A DNA stretch of 64,000 bases. Origin: the human T2T-CHM13v2.0 reference genome, Homo sapiens. The stretch lies in NCBI RefSeq assembly GCF_009914755.1, contig NC_060926.1. One strand, 5' to 3'. Under the pieces are notes generated by a model. It searched no databases. It saw only the letters and a list, made by a program, of their open reading frames with translations, and was not told where the DNA came from. This document shows positions 42,920 through 56,013 of the stretch, piece by piece. A program made the translations under genes and the position numbers. Position 1 is the stretch's first letter. Every line of letters begins with the position of its first letter.

Positions 42920-43686
42920 ATGAGGTGTTCTACAACAAACACCAAGTAAAGTTGTTTATCTTAGGAAGTGTATTTGAGTGTCATCCATTAACAAGACAAG
43001 AAGGGGAAAAGAACCAGGTCATTTGACCCCAAAGTCAGTACTCACTTTTATTATACATAGTAGAAAATTTTATAACAAGTCCTCAATAGTGTTAATAAAT
43101 TATAATATTTTTCCCATTATCTTTTGCATAGGGAAAAATGCCTTAATCAAAATAATAAACAGCTAGTGAATAACTGCAGGATTAATCAAATGCATGAGAA
43201 AAATATTTTGTGGCAGAAATTTCCAATTTCCTCCAGTTTGTGTAATTCAACTAGCTATTTATTCCAGCTGCAATATAGTGTAAACGTAAGAGCCAGGCTT
43301 TGAAATTAGGGAGACCTAGATCCAATCATGGGCTTAGTTGTACAACTTAGAAGAGCTGTAGCTTATTCTAATTTGTACACATTTGGGCAAATGATACAGT
43401 TTCTTCACTTTAAAAATGGTATAAATTTTTCAAATGTAATGATACCAAACAGGCTGTATTATTTCGAGGATTAGAAAAATTGATGTTTTATTCCTACACA
43501 TTCAAACAATCTAATACTTTAAAAGGAATCTAATCATCTTATTTGAAAAAAAAAAGCCCTCGATTAGGGAAAAAATAAGAAATAAATAAGAATCATGAAC
43601 TTCACTATGAACTTCACCATCTCGATATAATACCTTTTGAAATGGTAGAAGTTTAATGCTTGTCTACTCCAAATCTTCTTTTTAGA

Positions 43687-43791
43687 TTTTTTTTTTTTTA
43701 TCTTGGGACATCAAGATGAAAGGAAAAGTGAAGGTACTATACGATTGGTAGAGGTAGAGAAAAAAAATAAACATATCGCCCAAAAAACAAC
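43687..43791 (-). other. Poly(A)-tailed, TSD-flanked copy of local sequence 42350-42441
   Basis: T13 plus a ~90-bp near-copy, flanked by tctttttaga at 43677-43686 and 43792-43801. Confidence 0.8.
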
Positions 43792-46700
43792 TCTTTTTAG
43801 AGTCCTAGGGAGGCTGTCAGTTTCACAAAGTGACATTCTAGCTCACTGAGTCCATATATTGATGACTGAAGAAAGAACTAAAAAGAGACTCCACCTGTCA
43901 GAAATGCATCACATCCTACTACCTGTGGCCTTCCTGCCTGTCTGCTAATTAGTTAGCATCCATCCAAACCCATTCAGGCCAAAAGCATTTTCCAAAGCTC
44001 AGAGTTCCAATGATTTTGGCTTTTAAGTATCAAAGTTAAAAATAACCTTTATAGAAACATCACATAGGGGCAACAAACACTCCACATTTGGCACTTTTCA
44101 GAGAATGAAGCTTCTCTTTGAGGAATTGCAGGTTTTCACTGAAGCACAGACATGTCATGCCAGATGAAATCCATCATGATGAATAGTGAGGAAAACAACA
44201 AACAAAAAAGCATGGAAATGCTTTCTTTTTCTCCATAAAATGAAGAAAAATTAACATCAGCAAGCCCTTCAATGTGTTTAACTTTGACTCAGTTATCAGA
44301 TGTGAAAAACAGTCTGAAATCACATTGCCTCAGTTCTCAGATGATTCTGCAAGGTTTGTTGACTAGGTATCTGGCAAATACTCTAGACCACTGCTACTGG
44401 CATGCATATCTAACAGATGTTAAAAATGAAAAGCTGACAGTTTTTATGGTATAATTAAATCTTTCCTTATTTCTCAAGTGCTTTTTAATTTAATTTCAAT
44501 CAAAAGTAATAACCATATATAATGGCTGTAATAAGACATTCATGTTCTATGTAAGGAGTTACCTACTGTGCTTTAAGAAAAAGTCTTGCAATAAGAAAGG
44601 CTCTTGTCAAGGTTTATGGAATGCTTCTAAAACATTTGGAAGCAATGAAGTTACTCAAGAAAAACAAAGTTTCAGGTGGTCTCATAAAATGGTAAAAAAG
44701 GCCATGCCATCAATTCTATAATACGATGTTTTTTGCCAGTTTCCCACCTTTGTTACTGAAATGAGAAGAAACATTTTCTTAGAAGGGCTGTCTTATGAAT
44801 ACACACACAAGAAACAGGTTATTTTTATTCATCAAGGCTGATAAAAGTAACTGAACAGATGATCAAGGGACCAAATAATACTGAAGTCACTGAGTTTAAC
44901 TTACAAATATTTCTTCCATTGGCTTGGTTATAAGTGTGGCTTGGATACATTTCATAGTTAAAAGGGACACTAGGTATGAGCTGGTCTGACCTTCAAATTT
45001 CATTAATGAGGAATGTGAAATCCAAGTATTAGGTGTGATTTACCCAATCAGTCATGACTGGTGAGTTGAAGAATCTAAACTGGAACCCAGGTGTCATGAC
45101 TCCAAATCCAGTAGCTTTTATATCTAAACACATTGCTTTTTCATTAATAATGTTCTGCTGAAAATCAGACTTATTAAAGTTATAAAACAGTAGCTCAGAA
45201 CTATGCTATCCTTGTCTATGTATATCTTCTCTAATCACTACTACATTTGAAGTACAGATATCCCCTACCTTCGTCTAAGTAGGTTTTTAACTGGCTCATT
45301 ACTTTACTTGGCTAGCACAGAGACTAGCAGAGTGTTCATAGTTTGAGTTTAACTTATATATTTTAACATGAAGTTACACAGAACTCTGTGATTTGATTTA
45401 ATTTAACGTACTGTCATGGAAGCTGTTAAACCTGAGACATATGTTGTAGAATGTTTGGCTATAACTATGTTTCATGTAATGAATTGTGGTACAATAGGTA
45501 ACTTTTTATTGGTTGACTATGATGGAAACCCTATTTAGGATAAATATTGATGGGGCTAGGAAATGTCACGTGAGTCACTCTTGAGGGACAAAAATGTATA
45601 TTCAAATAATTCAAATACATATGCAAAGCAGAGCGAATTGAAAATGTTAAACACAATCCTGACCCAACTATTCTAACTCAGTCAATAGGACAAGTTACAA
45701 AAATAAAATATGCTCTTAATGCAGGTATTTTCAAGGTCAGAAATCATTCTATGTGACAGGTTCTGACTCTTGAAGTTGAGTGTTACATTCCATGAGAAAT
45801 TGTGATTTTTGTGGGTGTGGCAGAGACTGAGCGGCACAATAAAAATTTACTGGGTTGTCTACTTCAGGAGAAAATACTGAAAACAAATGTTATTCTCATT
45901 TCTGTAAAATCATCGTCACTTCCAGATGCAAACTGTGGCTTGATAAAAACAGCACCCAGTTGGTTGCTAGACCTTGGTACTGCCTTAGCTCTGAAATTAG
46001 TTAGTTGTTTCTCAGTTAAACCTTTAACATCTGTTACTTTATGTCAGAGGGAGGCATCCAAAGAGATATTATTTAAGGGTTCTCTTTGTTTTAATCAATT
46101 TTTGAAATTTTATTTTTTCAAATTTCTTATGTAGTGACACTTTCACTTCACTCAGCCAAACTTGTTGACTATCTTATTTTCCATTTTTAGATTTTTAAAT
46201 GGGATTTTCCAATTATTAACCTGAGGAATCTCTCAGGCAATTTTGATGACGCTCATATAACCACAACTTTCAATATCATTCCCCAAGATTCAACTGCAAG
46301 TGATATCCACATGATTTTCTGCCAAAAAAAATCAAAGTTCTAATTGTCATGAAAGTAAATATGTTGTTATTTTTGTAATTGTTGAACCTGAAAAATGTCA
46401 GAGAATTCATATGAGTGCTTAAGAGAATTGAATAATCCTTTTAGTGTGAAACATTCATATTTCAAACCAAAGTCTAGCATTTCCTTAGCATACATAATTT
46501 TTTATTGCTCAATAAAAGAGGTGAAAGAGCTAATATTTGGAAAATAATATGGCAAATAAGTGTTTGGAAAAAATCTATGCTTTAATATCTTGTAGCAAAT
46601 TTTTAAATAAAATCTATTTTTTCTAATAAGCATTGACAAGTTTAAAAAGTTCAATTACCAGATTCATTAACTATTGTGTATAAAAAGAATGATATTGTAA

Positions 46701-46833
46701 TTGTGTTGTAAAGTGACATATAAGAATATACCATCTCCTAATATTATCTTGATGCCCGTGATAGTCATTAATGCTTTTCAGTAATATTTCCTGCTCTCTA
46801 ACACCTAGGTTTGTGATAAAATCATACTTCCGA

Positions 46834-47165
<332 letters not shown>

Positions 47166-49885
47166 TTAGATGGGCCATGTGAGGCATTCGGGCCAGTGAT
47201 TGATGTGAAGAATTGATGGTGTCACTTCCTGGTTGTATATCTGATTGCCAATTGCTAAACTTTTCAGCTCCTTCTTCCCTTCTTGGCTGTGTTCTAGAGG
47301 GGGTTCCTTCAACAACCTAAGTCTTAGAGTAAGGAGGGGAATGATGTATGGCAGAGTCCAGCTAACCCCCAAGGAAACAGGGCATGACCAGAAAATAAGC
47401 ATTAGTTGTGTTTTTTTCAGTTCTTACTTGTCATCAGAGCTTAATTAAATCTACTTTTACTAATACAATAATACAATAACTATTAACATTTGCTATGTTT
47501 ACAGTCTTAGGCTGGGGATGAAATACTTCCAATCTCCTCCTCACCTTCAACACCACCAGCACCAAGAGAAAAGTCATTTGAAAACAATTAAGGTGCGACC
47601 AGATATTATCAGTAGAATCATAATATTGAATTTTCTTCCACATAATTATTTCAAAATTGTTCAACTGGATTATTCCGATCAGAATTTCAAAGTATGCTGT
47701 CATTAGATCTACTTGCTTTTCATTATTTTCTTTTCATCTCTTTATAATTTGCTGTTAAGGCAATAATCTTAATGACTCAAATTTTTGAGCATTTACTATG
47801 TGCCAGATATAATTCTAAGCCATTTAATTTTACTAAAGAATTTAATGCTAACAAGCACCTTATCGAACATGTACAGAGATGGTACATAAAATTCCCAAGG
47901 CCATCTAATAAAGGACACAGCTAATATCCAAATCCAGACAGCTTAGCTCCAGAGCTTTCACCCCTAGTCATTAATCAATACTGTACCACAATAGGCTCTA
48001 GATGAAGATGCAGACAAGACTAGTAGCTATTGACTAGAGACTGATGAGTATTAATTAAACAATTGACAATTTAAAATCAGTAGTTACTATATTTACTATA
48101 TTTTAACATATACACATTAAAATCTTTCTCTAAAATCTGAATATTTGGGAATTTATAAGCTTCCTTAAATTTCTAGGAAATATGGTGTTAAGAAGACTAA
48201 TGACAGAAACAAACTGTTCCAAATTAAAACCAGATCAAAGGTTAAAAATCAAGTCAGCATACATACTTCCATATGCAAGTATGACAAGCTAAAATTTGCT
48301 GAACGATCCCCAGTCTCAGCACACACACACACACACACAAAGCTATAAAACCTCTACCTAACACTAAAACAGCTACCTAAAAAATACTAGAGAGTAAATA
48401 ACAGTAGGGATGTGGGGGAGTGGGTTGCACATACCCCTTGAGGACGGCATACAGAGTACAAACCACACAAGTACTTCCTGTCTTCCATTTGACCTGGTGC
48501 TAACTACCATCTATCCTGAAAGAGCAGTGACTCCAGTAGGTACACGACAAAACAACCTTTGTATTCTGGCTGGAGAACCAGATTAGGGAAGCTAGAAAAC
48601 CATGTATACTGAAAGGAGTGGAGAATCATAGAAGGGAATGAGCTAGAGAAGGAACCCACCAACTCTTCCTAGTCACATCCCTGACTGATCCCAAAGCCAA
48701 ACATGGCTGAACAGCATCAAAGTGGTTCATGTAAAGACAAAGATTTGAATTGAGTCTGAGGCTGCTACACCAGAAACAGTGTTTGTTCAGGGCAAAACCA
48801 ACAACAACAAAAAAATCACATACTAACACCAAAGAAATAACACCGATTGAAGAAAAAATGAAAGAATACAGAATCTGAACAGCTGAACATTTGTAAAGCC
48901 CACAATACAATGCTTTGAAAACTAAGAGTGTTGTCACAGATAAAGGGAATCACTTCACAATGATAAAAGGATAAATCCATCAAGAAGGCATGCAATTGTA
49001 AATGTGTAAATATCCATTAATAGAGCTTCAAAAAATATAAAGCAAAAAAATGACAGAATAAAGTGTGAAATGGGCAATTTTAATGAAATACTTGTAGATG
49101 TTAATACCCCTCCATCACCGCTTGATACAAGAATTGTCAAAATTCATGAATGAGAATTGATATAATTACTACACAAGGATAAGGAATGTATGCATGATAC
49201 AACCAAACACTTTAACCTAATTAATATACATGCATAGAACACTAAGCTGTAAAACAAGACAATACGCATATTCATTTCAAATACACATGGTATTACATGT
49301 TTAACAGGATAGAACAGTCTGCATCATAAGATATCTCAATAAAGATAAATCATTTCAAGCTAAACTGAGCATGCTTTCTTACCATGATGAAATTATATTT
49401 AAAATAAAAAAAACAATAACCCCAAATCTCTGAAATATTTGAAAATTAAGAACACACTTGTAGATAACCACTGACCCAAAGGAGAAATCACAGATAAATT
49501 ACAAAATAGTTTGAACTGAGTGATAACGAAAAGGCAACATGTCAACGTTTGTGGAATAAAGGGAATGTAGTGTTAGAGAGATATTTGAAGCTTTCAATAT
49601 TTACTTTAAAATAGAAAGAATGATCTCAAATCAATGTTCTAAAATTCTACTTTAAGAAACAAGAAAAAAGAGAGAAAATTAAATCTATGAAAGCTGAAGA
49701 AAAGATAAAGGTAAGTGAAATAAAAAATAGGAAGCAGAAAAAAAATTCAAAAAAATTAGCAAAACCCAAATCTGTCCTTCTGAAGAGGTGAGCAAATTCA
49801 ATAAATCTTCAATAAGAATGACCAAGGGAGAAAAAGGTAGACAACACCAGTTACCAATGTTAGAAATGAAAGAGGGGATATCACT

Positions 49886-50701
49886 TGTGAAAGGAAAATA
49901 AAATCTTGAGACTCCAATTCACTATGCTAAAAGGAAAAAATTAAGCTGAAAGCTAAGTTATGCCAAAAAAAAAAAAAAAAAAACACCCTGCCTTTCCTTT
50001 TGTTCCTAAGCAGATAACTATAGACAAAAGTTTAGATATCGCCACAGATAGCTACTCCATGCTCACTTTATCTTATGTAAAGTGCTGGTTTATTGAGCAT
50101 GTGAATACATAATTGGTGATCCCCTACCTGCTCCTTTTCCCTTGCAATGTATGGATTCAGTAGTATGACCATACCCTCCCAGTGTCCCCTCTAGCCCACT
50201 TTTCCAGTTTAAATGTTGAAGTCCTCAAAATCATCCTTGGGAAAAGTCATGAACCACAGATTGTTCCTGTGGTGTGGCTTTGTATTCCTTTTAACTGGAC
50301 GCATCCTTAACCTTGGCAAGATAAACCTCAAAATTGATTCAGACTGTCTCAGATATTTTTGGGGTTTTGTTTATTTGTTTGTTTTGTTTTTATTTATTTC
50401 TTTTTTGAGACAGGGTCTCACTCTGTCACACAGACTGGTGTGCAGTGGTGTGATCTTGGCTCACCGCAACAGCCGCATCCCAAGCTCAAGAGATTATCGT
50501 GCCTCAGCCTCCCAAGTAGATGGGACTACAGGCACATGCCACCAGGTTCAGCTAATTTTTTGTGGATATGGGGTTTCACCATGTTGGCCAGGCTGGTCTC
50601 AAACTCCTGACTTCAAGTTATCTGCCCGCCTCAGCCTCCCAAAGTGCTGGGATTACGGGCATGAGCCACTGTGCCCCGCCTCAGATACTTTTTGGTTTGC
50701 A
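49886..50701 (+). mobile_element. MER4-type (MER4C-like) solo LTR
   Basis: tgtgaaaggaaaataaaatc...ttttggtttgca with 4-bp TSD cact (49882-49885 and 50702-50705). Confidence 0.85.
50361..50680 (-). mobile_element. Old Alu (AluJ/S) inside the MER4 LTR
   Basis: Minus-strand dimer with TSD tcagata(t/c)tttt. Confidence 0.92.
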
Positions 50702-51084
50702 CACTAGAGATGCTATAGACACTGAAAATAGAATTTAAAAATTATAGGCAACTTTACTCCAAAACATTTGACCACCTAGCTGAAATAAATTCTTTGAAAG
50801 ACATAAATTACCAAAACTCAGTAAGACATAGAAAATGTAAACTATTATATACCAATTAAATAAATTAAATTAGAAACTAAAAATTGCTTCATAAAGAGAA
50901 CTCAAGGCCCGAAGGGCTTTGCTATTATTATTTATGCCTGTGCTTCCAGAATGAAGAGAAAAACATCTATAAAGGGACAGAAACATTTTATAATGAGGAG
51001 CTGTTTGATGTCTTCATATAATAATTACACTGTTATATATAATTAGCAAAAGTCATCAAAACTCACAAAGCAATTGGAAAATGT

Positions 51085-51200
51085 AGCCAGGCATGGCGGC
51101 TCATGCTTGTTACCTTAGCACTTTAGGAAACGAAGGTGGAAAAATCACTTGAGGCCAGGAGCTCGAGACCAGCCTGAGCAACATGGCAGGGCCTACAAAA

Positions 51201-51239
<39 letters not shown>

Positions 51240-51240
51240 A
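51085..51240 (+). mobile_element. Alu monomer (FLAM/AluJ left arm) with (AAAT)n tail
   Basis: agccaggcatggcggctcatgc...cacttgaggccaggagctcgagaccagcctgagcaacatgg. Confidence 0.85.
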
Positions 51241-52149
51241 TGTTATTTTATGTAAATAATGTTCAATTAAACATTAATTAAGAAAATGTTTCATTGCTGA
51301 AAAGAAATCAAGAAGGTACAGACTTAAAATCTCATGAGTGATTTTTAGTATGCTCTGAAATACAAGACCCCTAAGGTTGTACATCCAAAAGATTATTATA
51401 AACAGCATTACAGAAATTACCAAAAAGGCAAGTCTGTTAAAACCAAATGTCATATTTTATTTGAAAATTTTATTAATGCAAATAAAAACAGAAGTTAAAC
51501 TCTGCAATGACTTTGGGGGGAAAAAAGTACAATTTCAAATGCAGAACTCCAGGTGTACAAAAGCATGTTTGATAGAGCCAATGAGTTATCGATCAAAAAA
51601 CACTCTTTTCCTAAATTATCTTCCAAACAGATAACAGAGACTGACAAAAAACCCAAGACTTATCTTTCACCTCAGCTATTGTGACTTTTACAATTGGTTC
51701 CTCTTAAGAGAATGGATTTCTGTTTTACCTGACTTTGAATTTCACAAAATAGTAAAATCCCCAAATTACCCTCCTCAAAAAACTTTTAACTAGTGAGGCC
51801 TTTTAATTTTGTCAAATTAGTGGGTTTATTAAAAGTGAAGAATAAAAATAAATAAATAATAGCATATATCATCCCTTAGTGAAAAAAAGAAAATACTTTA
51901 ATACCAAAAAGGAAAGACCAAATATTATTAACATAATAAAGAATAAATGTTTAAAATTAACTTTATGACAAACTCACTACATTGACCTTTTTTCATTGCC
52001 ACACTGTCCAAGAGAAATTTCATTTAGAAATTGCTTTCCAGAATGTTTGGAACCATTGGTTAATTTTGTTGTGTTCCTGTACCTAGTTTTTGGAGAGAAG
52101 CTGCTATGTTCACAAATCACAAAGCCTGCTTCTTCATTTCTAAGCTTAT

Positions 52150-52570
52150 ATCATCGTTTTTTCCTGATGACCATCTAGCCAATATGAAAAGTATTGTTGG
52201 TCTGTGGGAACAATTGAGATTAGTCTCAAGAATACCAAATGTTGACAATGATGTAGAACAACTAGAACTCTCCTGCATCCCTAGAAGGAATGTGAAATGG
52301 TACGATTCTCTGGAAACCAGTTTTGCAGTATCTTACAAAGTTAAACATACATGTATCAAACTATAACACAATTATTTTCCTAGATACTTACTTACCCACA
52401 AGAAACTAAATTATGTGTATATAAAAAGACCTGTACTCAACTATTTATAGCAATTTACTCACCAGTAGCCAAAATTGCCCCAAAAACATTCAAATAACCA
52501 TCAGTTGGTGAAGAGATAATCAAATTGTTGTATATCTTACAATGGTATAGTATTCAGCAATAAAAAGGCA
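52150..52570 (+). mobile_element. Old L1M (L1ME-like) 3' fragment
   Basis: aataccaaatgttgacaatgatgtagaacaactagaactctc...tattcagcaataaaaagg. Confidence 0.8.
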
Positions 52571-54138
52571 TAAATTAGTCTGCTTTCATGCTGCTGATAA
52601 AGGCATTCCCAAGACTGGGAAGGAAAAGAGGTTTAATGGACTTGCAGGTCCATATGGCTAAGGAGGCCTCACGATCATGGCAGAAGACAAAGAGGAACAA
52701 GTGAGGTTTAACATGGATGGCAGCAGGCAAAAAGAGAACTTGTGCAGGGAAACTTCTGTTTTTAAAATCGTCATATCTCTTGAGACTTATTCACTATCAC
52801 AATAACAGCACAGGAAAAACCTAAACCCATAATTCAAATACTTCCCACTGGGTCCCTGCCACAACACCTGGGAATTCAAGATGAGATTTGAGTGGGGACA
52901 CAGCCAACATATAATTCCACTCCTGGCCCCTCCCAAATCTCATGTCCTCACATTTCAAAACCAATCATGCCTTTCTAACAGTCCCCCGAAGTCTTAACTC
53001 ATTTCATCACTAACTCAAAAGTCCACAGTCCAACATCTCATCTGAGACAAGTCCCTTTCACCTATGAGCCTGTAAAATCAAAAGCAAGTTAGTTACTTCC
53101 TAGATATAATGGGGGTACAGGCATGAGGTAAATACAGCCATTCCAAATGGGAGAAATTGGCTTAAACAAAGGGGCTGCAGGCCCCATGAAAGTCCAAAAT
53201 CTAGCAAGGCAGACAAATCTTAAAGCTCCAGAGTGATCTCCTTTGACTCCATGTCTAACATCCAGGTTACAGTGATGCAAAAGGTGGGTTCCCATGCCCT
53301 TGGGTCGCTCTGCCCCTGTAGCTTTGCAGGGTATAGCCCCTCTCCTGGTTGCTTTCATGGGTTGGCATTGAGTGTCTGCAGTTTTTCCAGGGTCATAGTG
53401 CAAGCTGTTGGTGGACCTACCACTCTGGGGTCTGGAAGAAGGTGATGGCCCTCTTCTCACAACTTCGCTAGGCATTGCCCCAGTAGGGACTCTGTTTGGG
53501 GGCTCTGACCCCATATTTCCCTTCTGCACTGCCCTAACAGAAGTTCTCCATGAGACCCCCATCCCTGCAGCAAACTTCTGCCTGGGCAGCCAGATGTTTC
53601 CATACATCCTCCAAAATCTAGGATAAGGCTCCCAAACCTCAATTCTTGACTTCTCTATACTCACAGGCTCAATACCATGTGAAAACTGCCAAGACTTGGG
53701 ACTTGAATCCTCTGAAGCCACGGACTTAGCTGTACCTTGGCCCCTTTTAGTCACAGCTAGAGAAGCTGGGACACAGGGCACCAAGTCCCTAGATTGCACA
53801 CAGCATCGGGACCTGGGCCCAGCCCATGAAACCATTTTTTCCTCCTAGGCCTCTGGGCCTGTTATGGGAAGGACTGCCATGAAGACCTCTGATGTGCCTA
53901 GGAAACATTTTCCCCATTGTCTTGGAGACTAACATTTGGCTCCTCATTACTTACGCAAATTTCTGCAGCCAGCTTGAATTTCTCCTCAGAAAATGGGATT
54001 TTTTTTTCTATCACATTGTGAGGCTGCAAATATTCTGACCTTTTATGCTCTGCTTCACTTATAAAACTGAATGCTTTTAAGAGCACCTGAGTCACCTCTT
54101 GAATGCTTTGCTGCTTCGAAATTTCTTCTGCCAGATAC
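52571..54138 (-). mobile_element. THE1-type MaLR: one LTR (52571-~52913) plus truncated internal region
   Basis: LTR motifs attagtctgctttcatgctgctgataaag...gagatttgagtggggacacagcc, then THE1-int (ttccactcctggcccctcccaaatctcatgtcc...). It breaks off at cttctgccagatac and contains the 248-aa ORF. Confidence 0.9.
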
Positions 54139-54407
54139 ACACACACATATATATCACAGTTAATCCACTCATTGATGGGCATTTGGGTTGGTTTCACGAT
54201 TTTGCAATTGCAAACTGTGCTGCTACAAACATGCGTGTGCAAGTATATTTTTCATATAATGACTTATTTTCCCTCTGGATAGATGCCCAGTAGTGGAATT
54301 GCTGGATCAAATGAAAGTTCTACTTCTAGTTCTTTAATTGTTTTCCATAATGGCTGTACTAGTCTACATTCCTACCAGCAGTGTAACAGTGTTCCCTGAT
54401 CACCACA
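54135..54407 (-). mobile_element. L1PB-like 3' segment, duplicate of 55014-55299
   Basis: Near-identical to 55014-55299 by direct comparison. Confidence 0.9.
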
Positions 54408-54516
54408 CCCAGCTACTTTTTGTATTTTTAGTAGAGATGGGGTTTCACCACGTTGGCCAGGCTGGTCTCAAACTCCTGACCTCAGATGATCCACCTGCCT
54501 CGGCCTCCCAAAGTGC
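54401..54516 (-). mobile_element. Internal Alu fragment (left arm), no TSD or tail
   Basis: caccacacccagcta...gtagagatggggtttcacc...cctcccaaagtgc. Confidence 0.9.
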
Positions 54517-54940
54517 ACTTAGTGTAAAGTTTCTATGATCCATTCATAATGTTCTATGCATCAGTAGTGATATGGTTTGACTGTGTCCCCACCCAAACCA
54601 CCACGGCTTTAAGCTTCTTAATGAGCACTGTTGGGTGAGGATTAGTGAAGAAAAATCCAACGAATCCAATTAGAAGTGTTCTCAGTTCTCTCTGAACGTA
54701 GTGAATGGAAAAGAGAAAGCTTTAAAGATGAGCCTACAGGATACAGTGGAGCTCTGGTGCCAAATGGCAGTGTTCCAATCTCAGCTCCAGGAACAGGAAC
54801 GACCATGTTTCTGAACTCTGTGGCACCTCCACTGGCTCATCTGTAAAGTGGGGTAACATTGGCTAAAGCCCTGTCTCCTGCTACTACAGCACCATAGTCA
54901 GGAATCCAAACTGCCTTGGGAGGAGAGGACATTCCATCTC

Positions 54941-56010
54941 ATTCCATGTCATTCCTTTTTATAGCTGAGTACTATTCCATCATATATATGTGTATATATT
55001 CCATCATATATGTATACACACACACATATATATCACAGTTTATCCACTCATTGATGGGCATTTGGGTTGGTTTCATGATTTTGCAATTGCAAACTGTGCT
55101 GCTATAAACATGCATGTGCAAGTATTTTTTCATACAATGCCTTATTTTCCTCTGGATAGATGCCCAGTAGTGGAATTGCTGGATCAAATGAAAGTTCTAC
55201 TTTTAGTTCTAATTTAAGGAATCTCCACACTGTTTTCCATAGTGGCTGTACTAGTCTACATTCCTACCAGTAGTGTAAAAGTGTTCCCTGATCACCACAT
55301 CCACACCAAAATCTACTCTTTTAAAAAAAAATTTTGATTATGGCCATTCTTGCAGGAGTAAAGTAGTATTGCATTGTGGCTTTGATTTGTATTTCCCTGA
55401 TCATTAGTGATGTTGAGCATGTTTTCATAGGTTTGTTGGCCATTTGCATTTCTTCTTTTGAGGCTTGTCTATTAAGGTCCTTAGCCCACTTTTTGATGCG
55501 AGTGTTTTTTTTCTCACTGATTTTTTTTTAGTTCATTGTAAATACTGGATAAACATACATGTGCATGTGTCTTTAATATTTCTCCCTTCACTTCTTATAC
55601 CATTTTTATTTCCTTGCATTGGGTTTTGCCTTCCTCTTGAGGCTCCCTAGTTAGCTTAATAACTAAACTCCTGAATTCTTTTTGAGGTAAAACAGGGATT
55701 TCTTCTTGGTTTGGATCCATTGCTGGTGAGCTAGTGTGATTTTGGGGGGGGCATTGAAGAGCCTTGTTTTGTCATATTACCAGAGTTGGTTTTCTGGTTT
55801 CTTCTCATTTGTGTAGTCTAGTATTTGGGATGTCTCCCAGGTCCTGTAGGAGCAGTCTGCTTCCTTCAGAGGGTCTGTGGTTCCTCTCAGGATTTCTGGT
55901 TTGTTCTTGCCATTATCCTGGAGCTAAAATTCATGATTCAAGCCTCTGCACACTGCTCTGTCTGTCCGAGTCAGAGCTGCAATCTAGTCCTGCTTCCTGT
56001 CTGCCATGAT
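54941..56010 (-). mobile_element. L1PB-like element reduced to joined 3', ORF1-region and 5'UTR pieces
   Basis: 3'/ORF2-end motifs at 54941-55550, ORF1-region antisense motifs at ~55575-55815 (gttagcttaataactaaactcctgaattc) and 5'UTR-like ggagcagtctgcttccttcagagggtctgtgg...tctgccatgat. Confidence 0.7.
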
Positions 56011-56013
56011 GAT

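Larger units (their letters stand above)
48170..50920 (+). mobile_element. Old L1M fragment(s), decayed ORF2 region, interrupted by an LTR
   Basis: atgataaaaggataaatccatcaagaag, gaaatgaaagaggggatatcact|agagatgctatagacactgaaa and ttctttgaaagacataaattaccaaaact are L1 ORF2 motifs. The 5' boundary is uncertain. Confidence 0.7.

Noticed and set aside
50213-50707. 164-aa ORF and other ORFs with [19 protein letters not shown] peptides (15200-15905, 27040-27282, 46845-47165, 63617-63871)
   Set aside because: These are translations of Alu sequence, a well-known artefact.
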